From positions 544,001-608,000 of the forward strand of contig CAVQKE010000004.1 in the NCBI GenBank assembly GCA_963713045.1: DNA of 64,000 nucleotides, written 5' to 3'. How positions within the stretch are numbered: position 1 is the first letter of the stretch; every line of letters begins with the position of its first letter. The translations under genes were made by a program, and so were the position numbers. The stretch is from an uncultured delta proteobacterium (GTDB lineage Bacteria; Myxococcota; Myxococcia; Myxococcales; Myxococcaceae). The notes under the pieces were generated by a model. The model saw nothing but the letters and a program-made list of their open reading frames with translations, was not told the origin of the DNA and searched no databases. Positions 41,132 to 48,662 of this stretch are shown piece after piece.

Positions 41132-41830
41132 GTGCGCCCTTTTCTGGCGAGCCTGGCGGTGATGGCGGCAATCGGTTGCGCCCCCCGCGCCGCGCTGACG
41201 CCGACGGAACGGGGAGCCGTCCTCCAGGATGCGCGCGCCGAGGGTCCCCGCTGGCTTCAGGTGTCTGCCCGGCCCTACCGGCTGGCGGAGGGCATCTGGC
41301 CTCCGGCCCTCGCGCCACTTCCGCCGCCGGAATGGCAAGTCGGCGACCACCCGCCCCCTGCAGGCCAGCTGCTCGCGGGCATCATCCCGGCGGGCACCGC
41401 GGCCTTCATCGTCCATGTCGACTTTCCGGTGGGGAAGTTTGGCGAGAAAAGCGCCCACCGCGACACCTACGTCACTGTGCAGCTCGGCAACGGACGGCAG
41501 GCAGTGTTGGTGGTGGACGGCGCCCTCGGCTCCGAAGCGGCCTTCTGGGACGAAGTCGAGCAGTGGCTGACGCCCCTCCCACCGGCGTCGGCGGAGGAGG
41601 GGTGGAATGAGGGGGTTCGCGCGGCAGTCAGTGAAAAGCGCACGCTGACAGAGATGCCGCCGGAGGCAGTGGTGGCGGCCTGGGGCTATCCCTCGACTCG
41701 GGTGGTTCGCTTCAGCCCCAACGGTCGACGGGAGAGTTGGGGATGGCCGGCCGGACTGAGAACTGCCGAATTCCAAGACGGACGGCTGGTCGAGTCGAAG
41801 GCGCCCGACGCTAGCGGGACCGTCCCTTGA
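41132..41830 (+). CDS. Hypothetical lipoprotein
   Basis: AIGC lipobox; C-terminal EMPPEAVVAAWGYP..ESW..FQDGRLV (SmpA/BamE-like pattern). Confidence 0.72.
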   Translation: MRPFLASLAVMAAIGCAPRAALTPTERGAVLQDARAEGPRWLQVSARPYRLAEGIWPPALAPLPPPEWQVGDHPPPAGQLLAGIIPAGTAAFIVHVDFPVGKFGEKSAHRDTYVTVQLGNGRQAVLVVDGALGSEAAFWDEVEQWLTPLPPASAEEGWNEGVRAAVSEKRTLTEMPPEAVVAAWGYPSTRVVRFSPNGRRESWGWPAGLRTAEFQDGRLVESKAPDASGTVP

Positions 41831-42527
41831 AGCGGCGCCGCACCTTGCGTTCCGGCTCGCGAGCCTCCCCCGGACGGCTCAGCCGCGGCAGCTCGCCCAC
41901 CATCACCGGCCAATAGTCACGCCCCTGCAATTCCCGGAGAAGGTCCGCCTGCGAGGCCACAGCGCGCTTGAAGAAAGTGGCCCCGCGGCCAACCTCGTCC
42001 AGCGTCAGCCGGGCGTCGCTGCCCCCGATGCAGGGTAGTTTGAGCTTTTCCGCCGCCTCCACCGCGAGGTCGTTCGCCGTCTGGCGGATTCGCGCGTTGT
42101 AGCCCTCCACTGCCACCAGTCCAGGCGCTGACAACACAAAGTCGAGCGCAGGGTTGGGGAGGTCGCGGTCGTACGGGCGGGCCGCGACCACCACCGCCCC
42201 GAGGCTCTGGAGGCGTGGGAGAACTTCTGCGGCACTCCAGGGGCGCTCCCGGTTGCTTCCCCAAAGCTGCACCGGCTCGGGCGCGTGCTCTGGGCGCGGG
42301 AAGAAACACAAGTACTGGCCGCGGTCGGTTACCAGCTCCAGGCCGACAAAGACGTGCATCCCATTGAGCCCGTCGAGCGCAAGCAGCTCGTCGCAACCGT
42401 CCTGGCTGTTGGTCTCGGTGAAGGCGACGCCGTCTAGCCCGTGGCTGGCCGCCCTCTCGAGGACGGTGCGAGGATTGAGCGGGCACCCCATCGACAGGTG
42501 CGAGTGGACGTGGAGGTCAATGAGCAT
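41811..42527 (-). CDS. PHP-domain protein
   Basis: IDLHVHS, GLDGVAFTE, GLEL, VEGYN, GGSDA. Confidence 0.88.
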   Translation of the reverse strand: MLIDLHVHSHLSMGCPLNPRTVLERAASHGLDGVAFTETNSQDGCDELLALDGLNGMHVFVGLELVTDRGQYLCFFPRPEHAPEPVQLWGSNRERPWSAAEVLPRLQSLGAVVVAARPYDRDLPNPALDFVLSAPGLVAVEGYNARIRQTANDLAVEAAEKLKLPCIGGSDARLTLDEVGRGATFFKRAVASQADLLRELQGRDYWPVMVGELPRLSRPGEAREPERKVRRRFKGRSR

Positions 42528-42602
42528 GGCGAGATGGCTTTGACAGTCTTTCGGGGCGCGTGCCATACACCGGAGCCGACGGGGCTGGAAGGGGGAGCGC
42601 CC

Positions 42603-42818
42603 ATGTTCACTGGGGTGAAGGTTTTTTCGGCCACCAAGGCGAAGGAGCGTGAGGAGCTCGGTGAGGCCATCACGCGCTGGTTGAGAGGCAACCCAGACCT
42701 CGAAGTCGTCGACCGGGTGGTTTGCCAGTCGAGCGACAACGAGTTCCATTGTTACACCGTGGTCCTCTTCTACCGCCAGGCAAGTCCGAGGCCAGAAGCA
42801 AAGCCGACCCAGCCCTGA
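42603..42818 (+). CDS. Small hypothetical protein
   Basis: GGGGAG RBS; MFTGVKVFSATKAKEREELGE..QSSDNEFHC..VLFY compact alpha/beta pattern. Confidence 0.75.
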   Translation: MFTGVKVFSATKAKEREELGEAITRWLRGNPDLEVVDRVVCQSSDNEFHCYTVVLFYRQASPRPEAKPTQP

Positions 42819-42821
42819 GGT

Positions 42822-43355
42822 TCAGCGCCCAAGCAGTTGAGCAAGCTTCAGCAACGCTAAGCGGACTCGGGTTTTGACCGTCCCCAACGGCTGGCCGGTG
42901 CGTTCGGCCATCTCCGTTTGCGAAAGGCCCTCCCAATAGGCCATTTCGAGGGCCAGGCGTTGCGCGGCAGGAAGCGCCGCCAGCGCGCGTTGGATGCGCG
43001 ACGCGTCCTGCGCCGCGGCGGAGAGCGCGTCCGGAAGCAAGGGCGCGGACATGGCCGGCTCGGCGCTTTTGGCTTCGACCAGACGGCCCCGCGCTGAGCG
43101 CGAGCGCAGCCGGTCAATGGCCCGCGTTCGCGTGATGGTTAACAGCCACGCCTCGACTGTGCCGCGCGTCGGCGAGTACTCGCGGGCGCGCCTCCAAGCC
43201 TCGAGGAAAGTTTCCTGAAGCACCTCTTCGGCGTCGGCGCGCACCCGCAGCACACGAAGGGCGACACCCATCGCGCGTGAGCCATGGCGCCGGTACAGCG
43301 CCTCCAAAGCGTCGGGGTCTCCCCGCCCGGCACGGGCGAGGAGTTCTGAATCCAT
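42822..43355 (-). CDS. ECF sigma factor (SigK-like)
   Basis: DAEEVLQETFL..W, AWLLTITRTRAIDRLR, GLSQTEMA..GQPLGTVKTR. Confidence 0.92.
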   Translation of the reverse strand: MDSELLARAGRGDPDALEALYRRHGSRAMGVALRVLRVRADAEEVLQETFLEAWRRAREYSPTRGTVEAWLLTITRTRAIDRLRSRSARGRLVEAKSAEPAMSAPLLPDALSAAAQDASRIQRALAALPAAQRLALEMAYWEGLSQTEMAERTGQPLGTVKTRVRLALLKLAQLLGR

Positions 43356-43498
43356 CGCGGCGGGAGGCGAAGACAAGGGGGGCGGCAAGACGGGCGCCGA
43401 AGATGAGGTTACACCGCACCTACCGGCTCCGCTTCGGCAAACTTGGGCTACGCTCGCGGCGCGTCTGGACGCCGCCGCCCAGGGAGGCAAATCCGCCG

Positions 43499-45727
43499 TT
43501 GACTCCCGCTTCGACACCACTCGAGGGAGCCGCCCTGGAGGCTGCGCTCCACCAACTGGTCGCCTTGCGCCACCCCGAGCCACACCAGGTGCTGGGCATG
43601 CACAGCATTCGCGGGGACTTGGTGGTGCGGGCCTGGCGACCTGAGGCCCGAGCCGCAATCGTGGTTGCTGACGACGGGCGCCGCTTCCCCATGACGTCGG
43701 TCGGCAGCGGGCTGTTCTCCCTTGAACTGCCTGGAACGCCAGCCTTCCCCTACCGTTTCGAGGTGCACTACCCAGGCCGCTCTTTCACCCTTCGAGACCC
43801 TTACGCTTATTGGCCGACGCTCGGCGAGGTTGACCTCTACCTGTTGGGCGAGGGGCGCCACCAGCGCCCCTGGGAGCGCCTGGGCGCTCACCCACTTCAG
43901 CACGGCGGCGTCGAGGGGACTGCCTTCGCGGTGTGGGCACCCACGGCGGCGAGCATCTCGCTGGTCGGCGACTTCAATGGTTGGGACGGACGCATCCACC
44001 CCATGCGTCGAATGGGGAGCTCCGGTGTCTGGGAGCTCTTCCTCCCGGAGGTTGGCGAAGGCGCCAAGTACAAATTCGAGGTCCGGCCCGCCTCGGGCGG
44101 CCCGCCGATGTTGAAAGCGGACCCCTACGCCTTTCGAACGGAGCTGCCGCCGCACAACGCCTCGGTGGTCCACAGCATTGGGAAGTACAGCTGGGGGGAC
44201 CAGGCTTGGATGGGGGCCCGCGCACGGTGGGACATGCGTCAGGCGCCGCTGAGCATTTACGAGGTGCACCTCGGCAGTTGGCGTCGGGTGGTGCAGGAGG
44301 ACAATCGGCCTCTCAGCTACCGGGAGCTGGCCCCCCAACTGGTGGACTACGTCCGCCGCCTCGGCTTTACCCACGTCGAATTTCTCCCGGTGGCGGAACA
44401 CCCGTTTGGCGGCAGCTGGGGCTACCAGGTGAGCAACTACTACGCGCCCACGGCGCGCTACGGCAGCCCGGATGACTTCCGGTTTCTCGTGGATTCGTTG
44501 CACCAAGCGGGAATCGGCGTCCTGGTGGACTGGGTCCCGGCCCACTTTCCCCGTGACATCTGGGCGCTGGCGCGCTTCGACGGCACCCCGCTGTATGAGC
44601 ATGCGGACCCCCGCCGAGGGGAGCAACCTGATTGGGGAACCCTGGTCTTCGACCTTGCCCGGCACGAAGTCCGCAACTTCCTCGTGTCCAACGCCCTCTT
44701 CTGGGCGGAGCAGTACCACGTGGACGGCCTTCGGGTGGATGCCGTGGCCTCGATGCTGTACTTGGACTACTCGCGCCGAGCCGGCCAATGGGTCCCCAAC
44801 CGCTGGGGTGGCCGCGAGAATGAGGAAGCCATCGCCTTCTTCCGCGAGGTGAACGGCACCCTCGGCACGCTTCACCCAGACGTGCTGGTCATCGCCGAGG
44901 AGTCGACGGCGTGGCCCAAAGTGACCCACCCGGTGAAGGACGGCGGACTGGGCTTCAGCCTGAAGTGGAACATGGGGTGGATGCACGACACCATTCGCTA
45001 CTTCTCGGTCGACCCATTCTTCCGGAGCAAGAACCACACCGCCCTCACCTTCGGGACGATGTACGCCTACAGCGAGCGCTTCGTGCTCCCTCTGTCCCAT
45101 GACGAGGTGGTGCACATGAAGGGTTCGCTCTACGAGAAGATGCCTGGCGGGCCGGTGCAAAAGGTTGCCAACCTCCGGGCGCTCCTTGCGTGGATGTGGG
45201 CCCACCCCGGTCGCAAATTGCTCTTCATGGGAGGTGAATTCGGCCAGCAGGCAGAGTGGAACCACGACCGGAGCCTCGACTGGCACTTGCTCGACCAGCC
45301 GGCCCACCTCGGCGTGCAGCGCTTGGTGACGGACCTCAACGCGCAGTACCGGGCCTTTCCCGCGCTTCACCTACGCGACGACGTCCCCGAGGGCTTCCAG
45401 TGGATTCAAGCCGACGCAGCAGGCGCCAACGTCTACGCCTTCGTCCGCCGGGGCCAAACGCTGAATGACGACGTGGTGGTGGTGGCCAACCTGTCGGCCT
45501 CTCCCTGGCCACATTATCGGGTGGGCTTCCCTCGAGAATCTGCCTACAGGATGGTGCTGGACACGGACGCCCGCGCCTACGGCGGCACGTCGGAGGGCGA
45601 CATTTCCGTCGCCACGGAGGCCAAGCCCTGGGACGGTCAGCCCGTTTCCGCGGAGCTCTCCCTGCCACCGCTGACCGTCCGCTGGTTTCGGGCAAGCACG
45701 CTCGCAACGTCCAGCAGCTCCGGCTGA
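43499..45727 (+). CDS. glgB: 1,4-alpha-glucan branching enzyme
   Basis: FAVWAP, IYEVHLGSW, SWGYQ, DWVPAHF, DGLRVDAVASM, IAEEST, LSHDEVVH; TTG start after GGAGG inferred. Confidence 0.96.
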   Translation: MTPASTPLEGAALEAALHQLVALRHPEPHQVLGMHSIRGDLVVRAWRPEARAAIVVADDGRRFPMTSVGSGLFSLELPGTPAFPYRFEVHYPGRSFTLRDPYAYWPTLGEVDLYLLGEGRHQRPWERLGAHPLQHGGVEGTAFAVWAPTAASISLVGDFNGWDGRIHPMRRMGSSGVWELFLPEVGEGAKYKFEVRPASGGPPMLKADPYAFRTELPPHNASVVHSIGKYSWGDQAWMGARARWDMRQAPLSIYEVHLGSWRRVVQEDNRPLSYRELAPQLVDYVRRLGFTHVEFLPVAEHPFGGSWGYQVSNYYAPTARYGSPDDFRFLVDSLHQAGIGVLVDWVPAHFPRDIWALARFDGTPLYEHADPRRGEQPDWGTLVFDLARHEVRNFLVSNALFWAEQYHVDGLRVDAVASMLYLDYSRRAGQWVPNRWGGRENEEAIAFFREVNGTLGTLHPDVLVIAEESTAWPKVTHPVKDGGLGFSLKWNMGWMHDTIRYFSVDPFFRSKNHTALTFGTMYAYSERFVLPLSHDEVVHMKGSLYEKMPGGPVQKVANLRALLAWMWAHPGRKLLFMGGEFGQQAEWNHDRSLDWHLLDQPAHLGVQRLVTDLNAQYRAFPALHLRDDVPEGFQWIQADAAGANVYAFVRRGQTLNDDVVVVANLSASPWPHYRVGFPRESAYRMVLDTDARAYGGTSEGDISVATEAKPWDGQPVSAELSLPPLTVRWFRASTLATSSSSG

Positions 45728-45818
45728 GCCTCTCCAACAAGTCTGCGGCTGTGCTCCTCGGCCCGCTGGACAGTGTGGTCCACTTCCACAGGGCGTTTGC
45801 GAGTCAGGAGGTGCAAGC

Positions 45819-46463
45819 TTGAAGCTCTACCGGTTCCCGTACAGCTGCTACGCGCTGAAGATTCAATGTCTCCTCGGCCTCGCTGGCCTGCGCGCGGAGG
45901 TGGAGGACGTCCCGTATGGAGACCGTTCCGGGTTGGTTGCGCTCACCGGGGGCTACATCCACGTGCCGGTGTTGGTGGACGCTTCGGGCAGCGTCCATGT
46001 GGACTCGCGGACCATTTCCCACTTCATCCTGGCGCAGGCACCGGGCCTCGCCCCCGCCCCGCTGGAGGGCCCGGTGTGGGCCTACGCCGACTGGTGTGAC
46101 CAGGTCCTGGAGGACGTCTGCTTCAAGCTGGCCGCCCCAGCCGTCCGGGGTAAGTTTTTGCGCCCCGCCGAGCGCGCGCTCTACACGCTCATCAAAGAGC
46201 GCAAATACGGAACTGGGTGCGTCGAGGCGTGGGAGCGGTCCGCTGCCGACCTCCTCGAGCGCGCTCGGGCGGCGCTCGCTCCCTCCGAGCGAACGCTTCG
46301 GACCTGTTCTTTCGTCTTTGGCGAGCAAGCCTCCCTGGCCGACGCAGCTCTCTGGGGCCAGCTGGCGATGATGCGCTATGGGGGCATCCCGCCTGAAGCC
46401 TTAGGCACGTCCTTCCCGGCCTGGACGACGCGACTCGAGGCGCGCATGACGCGCCCCCTTTAG
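45819..46463 (+). CDS. Glutathione S-transferase family protein
   Basis: AGGAGG RBS; KLYRFPYSCY, VPVLVD, DSRTI, SLADAALWG. Confidence 0.88.
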   Translation: MKLYRFPYSCYALKIQCLLGLAGLRAEVEDVPYGDRSGLVALTGGYIHVPVLVDASGSVHVDSRTISHFILAQAPGLAPAPLEGPVWAYADWCDQVLEDVCFKLAAPAVRGKFLRPAERALYTLIKERKYGTGCVEAWERSAADLLERARAALAPSERTLRTCSFVFGEQASLADAALWGQLAMMRYGGIPPEALGTSFPAWTTRLEARMTRPL

Positions 46464-46496
46464 ACGGACACCTCCAAGGGGCCCGGGCTGTCGACG

Positions 46497-47021
46497 TCAG
46501 CCAGCCGCGCGTCGCAGCGAGGACACCCACGGCCCGGGAAGCCCGGCGGCCTCGGCACCGCGCGCCAGCGCCGCTACGAAGCGCTCGCTGACGGGGCCCT
46601 CCAAGCTCTTCCGCGTCGGCGCCGTGGTGAAGGCGGTGGCCTCCAACTCCTGACCCTCCAGCCGGACCTGGACGGGGCGCTCGACGCACATGTGCGTCAC
46701 CCACCCCTCCTTGTGTTGGATGATGGGCCAGTCCTTTTCCGGAATGCGGAACAGGAGCCCGTAGACGGAGGCACCCGGCCGGTCGACCAGACCGGCGACG
46801 CGGCCGCCCCACCACTTGGATGGAAAGTCGTACTCCAGGGCGAGGCCCACCGCTTCGGCCAGCTGTCCTTGGGGCAACTCGAAGAAGTCGTAACCGTGCT
46901 GGTGGCGCCATTCCTCGAAAGCCTCGCGGTCCAAAATCGTGGAATAGGCAAAGTATGCACGCTCACCGCTGCCCGGCGCTTCGGCACGGCGGGCCATCAC
47001 TTGGTCGTAGTGCGCATCCAT
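46497..47021 (-). CDS. Gamma-glutamylcyclotransferase (AIG2-like) family protein
   Basis: YFAYS, WGGRVAGL, VYGLLF, KEG, SERFVAAL..GA..GLP. Confidence 0.8.
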   Translation of the reverse strand: MDAHYDQVMARRAEAPGSGERAYFAYSTILDREAFEEWRHQHGYDFFELPQGQLAEAVGLALEYDFPSKWWGGRVAGLVDRPGASVYGLLFRIPEKDWPIIQHKEGWVTHMCVERPVQVRLEGQELEATAFTTAPTRKSLEGPVSERFVAALARGAEAAGLPGPWVSSLRRAAG

Positions 47022-47040
47022 CGCGCGTCGGCCTCCAGAC

Positions 47041-48514
47041 TCATGGCTTCACCGCAGTTGGTTGTCGCATGCGGCTGTGCCGCCGTCCGTACAGGAAATA
47101 CAGCGTCACCCCTGCTACTTGCCAGACCACGAAGCGCAACCAGGTGATGAGGGGCAGATACAGCATCAGAATGCCACAGCAAACCACCGCCGCCACCGGC
47201 ACCCAAGGGACACCCGGGCAGCGGAAGGGGCGCCGCTGGTCCGGCTTGGTGCGGCGCAGGACGAGGACACCCAGCGAGACGAGGATGAAGGCAAACAGCG
47301 TCCCGATGTTGGTGAATTCGATGGCCTCGCTGATGTCCACGAACGTGGCGGGGACCCCGACGCAGACGCCGGTGAGAATGGTGGTGACGTACGGCGTCCG
47401 GAACCGAGGGTGGATTTTGGCCGCCCATGGCGGCAGAAGCCCGTCTCGGGCCATGACCATGAAGATGCGCGGCTGCCCCAGCTGAAAGACGAGTAGGACC
47501 GCGGTGAGGGCAATGACGGCGCCAAAGGACAGAAATCCGGCCAAGCGCTGAAGCCCTGCCCCTTCCAGCGCTTTGGCAAGGGGGTCTCCAACGCCCAGCT
47601 CGCGCCAGGGCACCATGCCGGTCAGTACGAGGGTGACTGCGATGTAAAGCACCGTGCAAATGGCGAGCGTCGCAATCATCGCGCGGGGGATGTCGCGCTG
47701 CGGATTCCTCGCCTCCTCCGCCGTCGTCGAGATGGCGTCAAAGCCGATGTAGGCAAAGAAGATGATGGCGGCTCCACTGAGAATTCCCCGGATGCCGTAC
47801 GGAGCGAACGGCACCCAGTGCGCTGGGCTGATATGAAACGCGCCGACGCAGATGAAGCCGACGACGATGGTCAGCTTCAGTGCCACCATAAAGGCATTGA
47901 CCCGCGAACTCTCCTGCACGCCCAGCACCAGCAGCACTGTGATGGCACCGACAATCGCTCCGGCTGGAAGATTGAAGACAATCGGAATACCAAAAACGTG
48001 TGGCGCAGCGTCGAAGAGGCCTGGCGTCTCTCGAGCATGGTTCAGCGTGGTGGACAGCCACGGAGGAAGAGAGAGGCCGAAGTTGCGCCAGCAGGGTCTT
48101 GAAATAGTCTGCCCAGCTCACTGCAACGGCGACGTTTCCCACGGCATACTCGAGGATGAGGTCCCAGCCGATAATCCACGCCACGACTTCACCCAAGGTG
48201 ACGTAAGCGTAGGTATAGGCACTGCCGGAAACCGGAACGACGGACGCCAGCTCCGCATAGCAGAGGGCGGCGAATCCACAGGCAACGGCGACCAGGATGT
48301 AGGAGATGACCAACGCTGGGCCCGCGGGAAGCCGACCCTCCGCCCCGGCGGCAGCGGAACCTGGCGCGCTGAAAATGCCGGCGCCAATGACGGCGCCAAT
48401 GCCCAGCGCCGTGAGGTCAACGACGCCCAGCGACCTTCTCAGCTTGTGTTCGCTGGCCTCGGCGTCGGCGCATGCAGCCTCGACGCCTTTGGTCCGAAAA
48501 AGTGCGGTGAGCAC
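47041..48514 (-). pseudogene. APC-family amino acid permease with a +1 frameshift (possibly an assembly error)
   Basis: GIGAVIGAGIF, CYAELAS, GSAYTY in one frame; FFAYIGFDAIST, QPRIF..ARDG in another; deleting one base at 48088-48089 rejoins them. Confidence 0.9.
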
Positions 48515-48662
48515 GCAGGACGACGTCCTAGCACGCTCGTGCAGGCCGCAGCGGGCTTCTCTCGAATCGGGAAAGGCTTTCCTGCCCGAGGGGGGCGGCC
48601 TCTGGCGTGGCCCGCTCGACAGACCCCTCTTGATGAGCGCGTCGGGCTAGCCTCGAGAGCGC

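Noticed and set aside
43448..45370. 640-aa antisense ORF over glgB, and similar long shadows (22682-24004, 29952-31277, 35530-36888, 47852-49282)
   Set aside because: Expected in high-GC coding DNA; they mirror well-supported genes and show no recognisable motifs
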